Both the position numbers and the translations under genes were made by a program. This document shows, in pieces, positions 38,331-48,166 of a DNA stretch of 64,000 bases; position 1 is the stretch's first letter; every line of letters begins with the position of its first letter. The DNA is from Planctomycetota bacterium (lineage in GTDB: Bacteria > Planctomycetota > UBA1135 > UBA2386). The stretch covers positions 128,001-192,000 of the forward strand of contig CANMWZ010000004.1 in NCBI GenBank assembly GCA_947501605.1, read 5' to 3'. The notes under the pieces are model-generated. The model saw only the letters and a program-made list of their open reading frames with translations, was not told where the DNA came from and did no database searches.

Positions 38331-40700
38331 ATGAACGAGATGGACGAAGTCCTGAAGGAGTTTCTCGTCGAGAGCTACGAGAACATGGATCGCCTCGATC
38401 GCGATCTCGTGACGCTCGAGGATCGCCCCGAAGATCGTGAGACTCTCGCATCGATCTTCCGCACGATTCACACCATCAAGGGCACGTGCGGGTTCCTCGG
38501 CTTTGGCAAGCTCGAGAAAGTCACTCACGTTGGTGAGAGCCTGCTGACGCGGCTGCGCGACGGTTCGCTCAAGGTCAATGGCGAGATCACGACGGCGTTG
38601 CTGTCACTCGTCGATGCCGTGCGGTCCATGTTGACGCATCTTGAGTCCCACGGCGACGAAGGCGTGCGCGACGATTCGCAGCTGGTTCACGAACTCGTGC
38701 GTCTGAACGACGCGGTTCCGAAGGCGAAGGCCATGTCTGCGAGTGCGACGTCTCTGCCAGCAAAGTCGGCCTCCGCCGTTGCCGAGAAGGCAGAGGTCCA
38801 GATCGCATCCAAGACGGTTGTCGAGTCGGCGCCAGCGCCGGTGGCAGCATCCGACGACAGCGTTGGCGCGACCAAGGTGCTGGACGCAAGGCACATGGTC
38901 CTCGACGCCTCACCGTCAAGCCGTGACGCCAGCCATGACGGTCACGTCGACGAGCAGGAAGCGTCCCCGCCAACCCCGGCATCGCCCACGCCGACACTGG
39001 CAAAGAGTGCCGAGAAGGCGCCCGAGAAGGTGGCCGATGAGTCCAAGGTCTCGGACTCGAACGTCCGCGTCGACGTTGGTCTGCTCGACAAGTTGATGAA
39101 CTTGGTGGGCGAACTGGTCCTCGCACGCAACCAGATTCTTCAGCATGGCGCGGCGGGCGAGGACGCCGCGTTCCTGGCCACGAGCCAGCGACTCAACATC
39201 ATCACCACGGAGCTGCAGGAAGGGGTCATGAAGACCCGCATGCAGCCCATCGGTACGATCTGGGGCAAGCTCCCACGCGTCGTCCGCGATCTCGCCTTGA
39301 TGTGCGGCAAGCAAGTCCGCGTCGAGATGGAAGGCAAGAACACGGAGCTCGATCGCACCATCATTGAGGCGATCAAGGACCCGTTGACGCACATCGTCCG
39401 CAACTCAGTCGATCATGGGATCGAGAGCCCGCAGGAGCGCGTTCAGAACGGCAAGTCGGGCGAGGGCCGCCTGTTGCTGCGGGCCTACCACGAGGGCGGC
39501 CAGGTCATCATCGAGATCGCCGACGATGGCGGTGGCATCCGTCTCGACAAGGTCAAGGCGAAGGCCGTCGAGAAGGGGCTCATTACTGCGGAGCAGTCGA
39601 CCCGCATGTCCGAGCGCGAAGCGCTCAACCTGATCTTCCTGCCGGGGTTCTCGACAGCAGCCAAGGTGACGAACGTCTCCGGCCGCGGCGTCGGCATGGA
39701 CGTGGTCCGTACCAACATCGAGAAGATCGGCGGTGCCGTCGACATCTCGACTCGCGCTGGCGCGGGCACCACGCTGCGCATCAAGATCCCATTGACGCTC
39801 GCGATCATTCCCGCGCTGGTGGTCAATTGCGACGGCGAGCGCTTTGCGATCCCGCAGGTGAGTCTGCTCGAACTGCTGCGGCTCGAGATGAGCGATTCGG
39901 GCACGGGCATCGAGCACATCCGCGGCACGCCGGTGTACCGGCTGCGCGGCAACCTGCTGCCGCTCGTCTACCTGAATCGGGTGCTCGGGTTGAAGCCAAG
40001 AGAACAGGACCATGTGAACATCGTCGTTGTCCAGGCTGACGGTCGTCCCTTCGGGCTCGTGGTCGATGCGATCAACGACACGGAGGAAATCGTCGTCAAG
40101 CCACTCGGCAAGCTGCTGAAGGGACTGCAGTGCTATGCAGGTGCGACCATCATGGGTGACGGCAAGGTGGCCCTTATCCTTGATGTGATGGGGATCGCGC
40201 AGCAAGGTCGAATCGGAGGGGAAGGGCGCGATCGTCAGAGCAACAGCGCCGCGGACGGCAAACTCCCAACGGGCAACCGGCAGACGCTGCTGCTTGTTCA
40301 GGTCGGAGAAAGTCGCCGCCTCGCCGTTCCGCTCCAACTGGTTGCACGCCTCGAGGAGTTCTCTTCAGCTGCGGTGGAGTTCGCATCCGGCCAGCCGGTC
40401 GTGCAGTACCGCGACCAGATCCTGCCGCTGATCGACCTGCCGCAGATGTTTGCTTGCACGCCGGCGCTCGGCGGCGAGGAACGGCAGCTCCAGGTAATCG
40501 TCTACAACAGCGGCCAGGGTGGTGTTGGGTTCGTGGTCGACCGAATCCTCGACATCGTCGACGAGGACGTCGCTGTCAGTCGCAAAGCGCAATCGCACGG
40601 TCTGCTCGGCTCTGCCGTCATTCAGTCAAAGGTCACAGACCTTCTCGACGTGGCGAGTCTGGTCGACAGCCTGCTCACAGAAACTGGGAGCGGATCATGA
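38331..40700 (+). CDS. cheA: Chemotaxis histidine kinase CheA with two CheW domains
   Basis: IFRTIHTIKG (HPt), LMNLVGELV, RNSVDHGIE, SGRGVGMDVV, two CheW-like domains. Confidence 0.96.
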   Translation: MNEMDEVLKEFLVESYENMDRLDRDLVTLEDRPEDRETLASIFRTIHTIKGTCGFLGFGKLEKVTHVGESLLTRLRDGSLKVNGEITTALLSLVDAVRSMLTHLESHGDEGVRDDSQLVHELVRLNDAVPKAKAMSASATSLPAKSASAVAEKAEVQIASKTVVESAPAPVAASDDSVGATKVLDARHMVLDASPSSRDASHDGHVDEQEASPPTPASPTPTLAKSAEKAPEKVADESKVSDSNVRVDVGLLDKLMNLVGELVLARNQILQHGAAGEDAAFLATSQRLNIITTELQEGVMKTRMQPIGTIWGKLPRVVRDLALMCGKQVRVEMEGKNTELDRTIIEAIKDPLTHIVRNSVDHGIESPQERVQNGKSGEGRLLLRAYHEGGQVIIEIADDGGGIRLDKVKAKAVEKGLITAEQSTRMSEREALNLIFLPGFSTAAKVTNVSGRGVGMDVVRTNIEKIGGAVDISTRAGAGTTLRIKIPLTLAIIPALVVNCDGERFAIPQVSLLELLRLEMSDSGTGIEHIRGTPVYRLRGNLLPLVYLNRVLGLKPREQDHVNIVVVQADGRPFGLVVDAINDTEEIVVKPLGKLLKGLQCYAGATIMGDGKVALILDVMGIAQQGRIGGEGRDRQSNSAADGKLPTGNRQTLLLVQVGESRRLAVPLQLVARLEEFSSAAVEFASGQPVVQYRDQILPLIDLPQMFACTPALGGEERQLQVIVYNSGQGGVGFVVDRILDIVDEDVAVSRKAQSHGLLGSAVIQSKVTDLLDVASLVDSLLTETGSGS

Positions 40701-41158
40701 GCACTGCCACAACGGCCCAATACTGCACGTTCACGCTCGATGGCCTGTACTTCGGCGTCGACGTCCTCAAGGTGCAAGAAGTCATTCGCTACCAGGAGAT
40801 GACGCGCATCCCCGGTGCGCCACCGGTCGTGGCAGGTCTCATCAACCTTCGTGGCCAACTGGTAACGGCGCTGGATCTACGGCACCGGCTCGAACTGCCG
40901 CCGCGATCCGAGGGTCAGCTGCCCATGAATGTCGTTGTCCGCACCGACGAGGGTGCCACCAGCCTGTTGGTAGACGACATCGGTGACGTCATTGAGGTCG
41001 ACGACGCGACGCACGAGCGTCCGCCGGAGACCATCGACGCCATGACGCGGGATGTGGTTCGTGGCGTACACAAGCTCGAAGGGCGCCTACTACTGCTCTT
41101 GGATATCGAGAAGCTCATCACTTCTTCCGGAACGGGATCCGGAAAGAAGGACGCATAA
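40697..41158 (+). CDS. cheW: CheW coupling protein
   Basis: FGVDVLKVQEV, GLINLRGQ, LLVD.IGDV. Confidence 0.95.
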   Translation: MSTATTAQYCTFTLDGLYFGVDVLKVQEVIRYQEMTRIPGAPPVVAGLINLRGQLVTALDLRHRLELPPRSEGQLPMNVVVRTDEGATSLLVDDIGDVIEVDDATHERPPETIDAMTRDVVRGVHKLEGRLLLLLDIEKLITSSGTGSGKKDA

Positions 41159-41217
41159 TTCCTCAACGAACGACTCACTACCAGGACTCTGGCACCTGAC
41201 GCCAAGATAACAGACCC

Positions 41218-42627
41218 ATGATCACCACAGACTCAGTTGTCACAGCTGCCTCCGCGCGTGTTACGGACAGCCTCGAAGGCCTGAAGAGCGCGATGGAAGC
41301 GTTGCAGACCAATGTCTTGGTCGCCGATCCGGAGTTTCGGATCATCTACGCCAATCCGCGAGCCATTAGCACTCTCCGCACTCTGGCTGGTGAGATTCAG
41401 AAGAACTTCGGCGTTCGCGTCGACGACATCCTGGGCGGGTCGATCCATCGCTTTCACAAGGACCCGACTCGCATCGAGCGGATTCTCCACGACCCGCGGT
41501 CGATGCCTCATGAGGCGGCCTTCACCTTCGGCTCCGTGACGCTGTCGACGCGGATCAACCGCATTCCTGGCCAAGGCGGAACCGCCGGCTACATCGTTGC
41601 CTGGGACGACGTCTCCGAGAAGATGCGGATGGAAGCGGAGGCCAAGGCCGCGCAGGAGCGCGAGCAAACTGCGCAAAAGGACCTTCGCCACAAAGTAGAC
41701 GTGTTGCTCAACGTCGTCGATGCTGCGGCGAATGGCGACATGACCCGCGAGGTCCCAGGCCTTGGCACAGATGCAATCGGGCAATTGTCGACGGCACTCG
41801 CGCGGTTGCTCACCACGACCCGTACGAGCATTGGCCAGATGGCGCAGTCGTCGCAGGCGCTGGCAGCCTCATCCGAAGAATTGACTGCCGTGTCGCAGTC
41901 GATGGGGGCCGAGGCCGAGGAGACTTCGGCGCAGGCCAACGTAGTGTCAGCCGCCTCCGAAGAAGTGTCACGCAACGTCCAGAGTGTTGCGACCGGTACC
42001 GAGGAGATGTCCGCTTCGATTCGTGAGATCGCCAAGAGTGCCAATGAAGCGACCAAGGTCGCTGGCCAGGCGGTGAAGGTTGCCGACAGCACCAACGCTA
42101 CGATTGCCAAGCTCGGGGTCTCTAGCGCCGAGATCGGCAAAGTGATCAAGGTGATCACGTCGATTGCGCAGCAGACAAACCTCCTGGCTCTCAATGCGAC
42201 CATTGAAGCCGCACGCGCGGGTGAGGCAGGCAAGGGCTTTGCGGTTGTCGCCAACGAGGTCAAGGAGTTGGCCAAGGAGACCGCGAAGGCGACCGAGGAC
42301 ATCAGCCAGAAAATCGAGGCGATCCAGGAGGACACGCGAGGTGCCGTCGAGGCGATCGGGCGAATCGGCCAGATCATCAACGAGATCAATAGCATCCAGA
42401 ACACCATCGCGAGCGCAGTCGAAGAGCAGACGGCGACCACCAACGAGATCGGTCGCAGTGTCACCGAGGCGGCGACAGGAACGGCAGAGATTGCACACAC
42501 GATCACCGGGGTGGCTACAGCGGCGAGATCGACCACGCAGGGCTGCACCAATGTGCTGGGCGCCGCTACCGAGTTGTCCAAGATGGCGGCGGATCTCCAA
42601 AAGCTGGTGGCACGGTTCCGATACTGA
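41218..42627 (+). CDS. Soluble PAS-domain methyl-accepting chemotaxis protein
   Basis: No TM. PAS (NVLVAD...IIYAN...GGSIHRFH). IAQQTNLLALNATIEAARAGEAGKGFAVVANEVK. Confidence 0.93.
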   Translation: MITTDSVVTAASARVTDSLEGLKSAMEALQTNVLVADPEFRIIYANPRAISTLRTLAGEIQKNFGVRVDDILGGSIHRFHKDPTRIERILHDPRSMPHEAAFTFGSVTLSTRINRIPGQGGTAGYIVAWDDVSEKMRMEAEAKAAQEREQTAQKDLRHKVDVLLNVVDAAANGDMTREVPGLGTDAIGQLSTALARLLTTTRTSIGQMAQSSQALAASSEELTAVSQSMGAEAEETSAQANVVSAASEEVSRNVQSVATGTEEMSASIREIAKSANEATKVAGQAVKVADSTNATIAKLGVSSAEIGKVIKVITSIAQQTNLLALNATIEAARAGEAGKGFAVVANEVKELAKETAKATEDISQKIEAIQEDTRGAVEAIGRIGQIINEINSIQNTIASAVEEQTATTNEIGRSVTEAATGTAEIAHTITGVATAARSTTQGCTNVLGAATELSKMAADLQKLVARFRY

Positions 42628-42679
42628 GCATCGCATCAGAGCGCACACAGTGGCTCTGGTTGGCAACAAGAGAAACAAC

Positions 42680-43051
42680 ATGAAGGCACTTCTCGTGGAC
42701 GACTCTCGCGCGATGCGCATGATCCTGGCGCGGACGCTGAAGGAAATTGGTTTCGAGGTTACGGAGGCGGGCCACGGCCTCGAGGCTCTGGAGCGACTCA
42801 GGACCTCGGGGCCGTTCGATCTGGCCCTGGTGGACTGGAACATGCCAGAGATGGATGGACTCACCTTTGTGACTGCGGTGAGAACGGGACAGCTCGCCAC
42901 AGCGATGCGAATTGTCATGGTGACGACCGAGTCGGAGGCCGATCGGGTCGCCGCGGCGCTCGCGGCAGGGGCAGACGAGTATGTGACCAAGCCCTTCACC
43001 AAGGACGCGCTCACATCAAAGCTGAGCATGATTGGTTTGCTCGGGGTTTGA
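42680..43051 (+). CDS. cheY: CheY response regulator
   Basis: LLVDDS, DWNMPEMDG, MVTTE, KPF. Confidence 0.9.
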   Translation: MKALLVDDSRAMRMILARTLKEIGFEVTEAGHGLEALERLRTSGPFDLALVDWNMPEMDGLTFVTAVRTGQLATAMRIVMVTTESEADRVAAALAAGADEYVTKPFTKDALTSKLSMIGLLGV

Positions 43052-43094
43052 GAGTCGTAGCGGGTTCCGATCATCCAACTGAGGCCACGACCCC

Positions 43095-43919
43095 ATGACC
43101 ATTCAGACTGTTGATTTCGACTACGTCCGTACGGTGCTCAAGCAGCGAGCGGCGATCGTCATCGATCCCGGCAAGGAGTACCTTGTGGAAGCCCGCCTGA
43201 CTCCCATTGCGCGGGCAATGGGTTGCGACGGACTTGGCGGCCTCGTCGACAAGTTGAAGGCGGGACCCAACTCACCGCTGATGACGCGCGTCATCGAGGC
43301 GATGACCACCAACGAGACGTCGTGGTTCCGCGACATGCACCCCTTCGAAGCCTTGCGGACCAAAGTGATTCCTGAGGTTCTCGCTACGCGTGCTGCCGAG
43401 CGGACGATTCGGATGTGGTGCGGCGCCGCATCGAGTGGGCAAGAGCCGTTCACGGTCTTGATCATGCTGGCTGAGCGTTTCCCGCAGCTCAAGGATTGGA
43501 CCATCGACTTCGTCGCCACGGACCTGTCCTCCGAGATGATCGCCAAGTGCCAGAGCGGCAAATTCTCGCAGCTCGAGATGAACCGAGGCATGCCAACCCC
43601 GCTGCTGCTGAAGTACTTCGAACGCGAGGGCCTCGATTGGCGCGTGAAGCCAGAGATCCGCTCGCGGGTCACGTTCAAGACGATGAACCTGGCCACCCCG
43701 TGGCCGCAGATGCGGACGATGGACATCGTGTTCCTCCGCAACGTCATGATCTATTTCGATGTGCCGACCAAGCGGCAGATCCTGAGTGGGATCCACCGCT
43801 TGCTCAGGCCGGGTGGCTGGCTCTTCCTCGGAAGCGCGGAGTCGACACTCGGCATTCACGAGGGGTTCGAGCGCGTCGCCGAAGGCAAATCCGTCCTCTA
43901 CCGTCCTAACAGGGTCTGA
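43095..43919 (+). CDS. cheR: Chemotaxis methyltransferase CheR
   Basis: MTTNETSWFRD, WCGAASSGQEP, FLRNVMIYF. Confidence 0.95.
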   Translation: MTIQTVDFDYVRTVLKQRAAIVIDPGKEYLVEARLTPIARAMGCDGLGGLVDKLKAGPNSPLMTRVIEAMTTNETSWFRDMHPFEALRTKVIPEVLATRAAERTIRMWCGAASSGQEPFTVLIMLAERFPQLKDWTIDFVATDLSSEMIAKCQSGKFSQLEMNRGMPTPLLLKYFEREGLDWRVKPEIRSRVTFKTMNLATPWPQMRTMDIVFLRNVMIYFDVPTKRQILSGIHRLLRPGGWLFLGSAESTLGIHEGFERVAEGKSVLYRPNRV

Positions 43920-43922
43920 GCT

Positions 43923-44375
43923 ATGCAAGTCACCGACAACACTGTCAATCAAGTAGTTGCAGAAGTGTTCAGCACGATGCTCGGGATCGAAGTCATGCCC
44001 GTAGCCGCCTGCGACACGAACTTCGCCGGCACGACGATCGCTGCGTGCATTCACCTGACTGGTGCATGCACTGGTTCGATCATCGTGGAGGTTCCCGAGA
44101 TGTTTGGCCGGCGCGCAGCGGCGGCGATGTTCGGATCGGACGCAGCGGCACTCAGCGATGGCGAAGTCAAAGATGCCCTTGGCGAGGTGGCCAACATGGT
44201 CGCCGGCGCACTGCGACTGGCGCTGCCGACGCCCAACCAGATCTCGCTGCCTTCCGTCGTCGAAGGCCGCGCGCTGTCGTGGCGCGTGCCGGGCTGCACG
44301 ATGGCGTTGGAAACGTGCTTCGAGTCCGAGGGGAGTCAGATTCGCGTAAGTCTTCTCGATCGGTTGCCGAAATAG
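43923..44375 (+). CDS. cheX: CheX phosphatase
   Basis: VFSTMLG, DALGEVANMVAG (ExxN), ISLPSVV. Confidence 0.85.
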   Translation: MQVTDNTVNQVVAEVFSTMLGIEVMPVAACDTNFAGTTIAACIHLTGACTGSIIVEVPEMFGRRAAAAMFGSDAAALSDGEVKDALGEVANMVAGALRLALPTPNQISLPSVVEGRALSWRVPGCTMALETCFESEGSQIRVSLLDRLPK

Positions 44376-44386
44376 CGCCTCCGACG

Positions 44387-45475
44387 ATGCCAAAGCTCCG
44401 TGTTCTGGTTGTGGATGATGCCGTCGTCGTTCGGCGTCTCGTTTCGGATGCGCTCAATGCCGATCCGGAGCTCGAAGTCTGTGGCACCGCCAGCAACGGC
44501 AAGCTCGCATTGGACTTGTTGCTGCAACTAGCGCCCGACGCGGTGACGCTCGATGTCGAGATGCCGGAGCTGGATGGCCTCTCGACGCTGCGCGAGCTGC
44601 GCAAGAAGTGGCCGCGGTTGCCGGTGGTGATGCTGTCGGCACTGACCGAGAAGGGCGCTAGTGTGACGCTTGACTGCCTGTCCGCTGGCGCCTCGGGCTA
44701 CGTGACCAAACCAACGGGCGTCGGCAACATGGCTGCCGCCAAGGAGCAAGTGCGTTTGGAACTTGCCCCGATGCTGAAGGCTCTGTGTCAGCGCAAGAGT
44801 GCTGCCGCGGCGATGACGACTCCGCGCGTCACGGTGCCGCCGCGCTCCGTTACTCCGGCCGCTGCCCTGAAGTCCGCGGAGATCCTGGCGATTGGCGTTT
44901 CGACCGGTGGGCCCAACGCCCTTGCGGAGCTCATTCCGGCGCTCCCGGCCGACCTTGCTGTTCCAGTTGTGATCGTGCAACACATGCCGCCCGTGTTCAC
45001 GCGCCTCTTGGCCGAGCGACTGGCTGCGAAGTCGAAGCTACCAGTCACCGAGGCGATCGATGGCGAGACCCTGGTGCCGGGCCACGTCTACGTGGCGCCT
45101 GGGGATTTCCATATGGTGTTACAACGCCGAGGCACCAGCGTCTGCATCGCCATCAACCAAGAGCCGCACGAGAACTCGTGTCGTCCCGCGGTGGACCCGC
45201 TCTTCCGTTCCGTGGCCGCCATCTACGGCAAGCGCGCGCTCGGCGTCGTGCTGACCGGTATGGGGCGCGACGGCCTTCGTGGTTGCGAGATGCTGCGCGA
45301 AGCAGGGGCTCAGATCCTGGCCCAAGACGAGGAGACAAGCGTGGTGTGGGGCATGCCTGGGTTTGTCGCCCGCGCCGGTCTCGCCGACGACGTGATTCCA
45401 CTGGCGCGCGTTGCGACGGAGATTCTCCGCCGCCTCGTGGCCAAACCCATCCGACTCATCGGAGCGCAAAAATGA
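44387..45475 (+). CDS. cheB: Chemotaxis methylesterase CheB
   Basis: REC domain plus GVSTGGP, VQHMP, RPAVD, LTGMGRDG, VWGMP. Confidence 0.96.
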   Translation: MPKLRVLVVDDAVVVRRLVSDALNADPELEVCGTASNGKLALDLLLQLAPDAVTLDVEMPELDGLSTLRELRKKWPRLPVVMLSALTEKGASVTLDCLSAGASGYVTKPTGVGNMAAAKEQVRLELAPMLKALCQRKSAAAAMTTPRVTVPPRSVTPAAALKSAEILAIGVSTGGPNALAELIPALPADLAVPVVIVQHMPPVFTRLLAERLAAKSKLPVTEAIDGETLVPGHVYVAPGDFHMVLQRRGTSVCIAINQEPHENSCRPAVDPLFRSVAAIYGKRALGVVLTGMGRDGLRGCEMLREAGAQILAQDEETSVVWGMPGFVARAGLADDVIPLARVATEILRRLVAKPIRLIGAQK

Positions 45476-45954
45476 CGTTAGAGACCCTCGACCTCGGCAC
45501 CGCAGTCTCTGGTGTGTTCGAGAGCATGCTCGGCCTGCCGCTCACCGTTGCAGACGAGTTCGCCGAATCCCAAGCCGATCTGCCGTCGGTCACGGGTGTC
45601 ATCAGCATTTCAGGCGAGTGGAACGGCGCCGTGGTCGTGACCGTGCCAGAAGCGCTGGCGCGAGCAATCGCTGCTGCGATGTTTGCCATGGATGCCGATG
45701 CTCTGACCTCGGTCGAAATCAACGACGCAATCGGCGAGCTGTCGAACATGGTTGGCGGTGCAACCAAGACGATGATCGGCGGCTCCTGTTCGATCTCGCT
45801 GCCGTCCGTTACCGAGGGTGTTCGATACCGAGTCAGTATCCCTGGCGCTCGCGAGGTGGCTGCATCCCGGTTTGATTGCAACGGCGACTTGATGACGGTC
45901 ACTGTCGTTCAAGGCGCATCCAAGTCCTCCAACACCACCAGGAAACCGCTGTGA
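45472..45954 (+). CDS. cheX: CheX phosphatase (second copy)
   Basis: VFESMLG, DAIGELSNMVGG, ISLPSV. Confidence 0.85.
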   Translation: MTLETLDLGTAVSGVFESMLGLPLTVADEFAESQADLPSVTGVISISGEWNGAVVVTVPEALARAIAAAMFAMDADALTSVEINDAIGELSNMVGGATKTMIGGSCSISLPSVTEGVRYRVSIPGAREVAASRFDCNGDLMTVTVVQGASKSSNTTRKPL

Positions 45955-46313
45955 AAATCCTCATTGTCGACGATTCGAAGGCCATGCGAATGATCGTCAT
46001 GCGCCACCTGCGTCAAGCCGGATTCGGCAATCACACGCTCGAAGAGGCCGCGAACGGTGTCGAGGCGCTGAACGCCGCGACGGCGTCGCCGCCGGACCTC
46101 ATTCTCTGCGATTGGAACATGCCGGAAATGAACGGCCTCGACTTCTTGAAGGCTCTCCGCGGCAAGAAGATGAACACGCCATTCGGCTTCGTGACCACGG
46201 AGTCGAGTCCGGAGATGCGGCAGACGGCGGTAGGCGCCGGGGCTGCGTTCTTGATCGCCAAGCCGTTCACCGTCGAGACGTTCGAGACGACGCTGTCGCC
46301 CTTCCTCAAGTGA
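45951..46313 (+). CDS. cheY: CheY response regulator (second copy)
   Basis: ILIVDDSKAMR, DWNMPEMNG, FGFVTTE, KPFT. Confidence 0.9.
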   Translation: MKILIVDDSKAMRMIVMRHLRQAGFGNHTLEEAANGVEALNAATASPPDLILCDWNMPEMNGLDFLKALRGKKMNTPFGFVTTESSPEMRQTAVGAGAAFLIAKPFTVETFETTLSPFLK

Positions 46314-46332
46314 AGCGCACGGCGCCGGCCGC

Positions 46333-47871
46333 TCAGCGGCCCTGGCGTCCCCGGTAGACGAAGATCGTCTCGTCCTTGGGCCCTACCCAGATCGGAAACA
46401 CCGCGATGAGGTCCATCTCGGTGTGGATGGTCCGCTGTAGCCGGCGGTCGGGGTCCTTCTCGCGCAGTTCTGGCATCGTCAGGATCGCATACAGCGGTTG
46501 CCGGTTGGCGAGACTGCGACTGCTAACGGCAGCAAACCAATCGGGGGCACCACCGGCATTCGCCATGTCCTGGGTCTCGATGCTGATGACTTCGCGCTGC
46601 GCGTCTGCCGGAGCCGCCTTGTCGGGCGCGTAGTGCCAGCGCCGCAGGTAGAACTGCACCGTGGGTTCGTTGATGGTCAGCACCATCACCGGCCCTCCCG
46701 TGACTTCGCCTTCCACCAATGCGGCGGCTTCACTCCATTGACCGCGGTCGCCCTTCTGCACGGTGAAATAGAGATAGTCGTACGCCGCCATGTCGAGGCA
46801 GACGATCGCCGGTAGCACCAGCGCCGGCACGATCCGGCCCCAGCGCTGCGACCTGACGTAGGCGGCTTGCAGTGCGCGTCCGATGCGCACGCAGGCAACC
46901 CCACACAAGAGCAAGATCGCGGGGAGCGTGCAGATGGCGTAGCGGGCGGTCACCTTGACGAGATTGGTTCCCAGCACGGCAAGGGCCAGCAAGGGCACGA
47001 CGGCCCAGAGCGATAGGTAAAGGCTGCGGCCGCGCGGCCGTTCGGTGAGCAGGAGCCAGGCGCCGACGGCAGCAATCAACAGGAGCGACGGGCGGAAGTA
47101 GAACGCGGTCGTCTGCAACAAGTGCGCGAGGCCGGGCCCGGACTTCGACCGCACGAACTCGTGGAAGGGGGGGATGGTGCTGAGGAGCTCGACGGCACCA
47201 AGACTGAGGGCGAAGACCGCGCCCGCCAACAGCGCGCTGCGCTTGCTCGGTTCACGATTCGCGACGAAGAGGTAGGCGACCAGTGGTCCGGCGAGGAGCC
47301 CGGCTGTGGGGTGGCAAGTGATCCCGATGCACAGGGCCAGAACCGATAGGCTGAGCATCGCCACACTGCGCCGGTGCACGCCGATCCAGAAGATGCCGCC
47401 GGCAAGCAGCGCGAACAGGAAGACGAGGACGTAGCCGCGCGCGTTCTGACTCCAATAGATGTGCCACGGGTCGATCGCAAGAAAGAGCGCGGCGAGCAGT
47501 GCGGACGGGCGACCGACCAGGAACCGTCCGAGCACGGCGAGCAGCGGCACCGACAGTGCGCCAGCAACGGCGAAGGGCAGTCGCAGCAGCCCTTCCGACA
47601 GGCTTGCCGGATCGGCGACATCGAGGATCCACCGCAAGATCGCGTACGAGGTCGGGTAGTAACTGCGATTGCACGCCCAGAACACCTCGCTCGGCAGCGT
47701 CGCATCGCGCCAGCTGTGTGCTTCGTCGACCCAAAACGACCACACGTCGAGGCGCAGCAATCGCAGCCACGTGCCGAGCGCCGTGATGGCGACGAGCAGC
47801 GCCCACTGTCGGGCCGTGAACGGCGCAGACGGGTGGGCAGCGGCGACGGCATGAGGGACCGAAGCCGTCAT
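46333..47871 (-). CDS. GT-C fold (PMT/ArnT-like, GT39/GT83) membrane glycosyltransferase
   Basis: LRL......SFWVDEA, LRLPFA..G, PWHIYWSQNARGY, many TM helices. Confidence 0.82.
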   Translation of the reverse strand: MTASVPHAVAAAHPSAPFTARQWALLVAITALGTWLRLLRLDVWSFWVDEAHSWRDATLPSEVFWACNRSYYPTSYAILRWILDVADPASLSEGLLRLPFAVAGALSVPLLAVLGRFLVGRPSALLAALFLAIDPWHIYWSQNARGYVLVFLFALLAGGIFWIGVHRRSVAMLSLSVLALCIGITCHPTAGLLAGPLVAYLFVANREPSKRSALLAGAVFALSLGAVELLSTIPPFHEFVRSKSGPGLAHLLQTTAFYFRPSLLLIAAVGAWLLLTERPRGRSLYLSLWAVVPLLALAVLGTNLVKVTARYAICTLPAILLLCGVACVRIGRALQAAYVRSQRWGRIVPALVLPAIVCLDMAAYDYLYFTVQKGDRGQWSEAAALVEGEVTGGPVMVLTINEPTVQFYLRRWHYAPDKAAPADAQREVISIETQDMANAGGAPDWFAAVSSRSLANRQPLYAILTMPELREKDPDRRLQRTIHTEMDLIAVFPIWVGPKDETIFVYRGRQGR

Positions 47872-48166
47872 CGCGTGACGGGTAGCAAAGGCATGGGGGC
47901 TCTGTTGAGAATACGACACGGGTGCGCGCAGGGAACGACTCGGCCCGAACTCGCGGTCGTGACGGTCGGATCGATGCCGTGGCCGCGAGATCTCGTACTT
48001 CGGCTCCGCGCGTGCTGCCAGTAGGCTCTGCCCGAGTGACCAAACTGCGGTGCGAACGACGCGACAGGGCGGTGAGCCAGTGACGCTGCGCACGGTGGTG
48101 TGGTCTGGTCGACCCTTCGCGCCGGCGCCCGTCGGCGCGATCGTGGCGGCGCGTCGCAAGGGGCCG

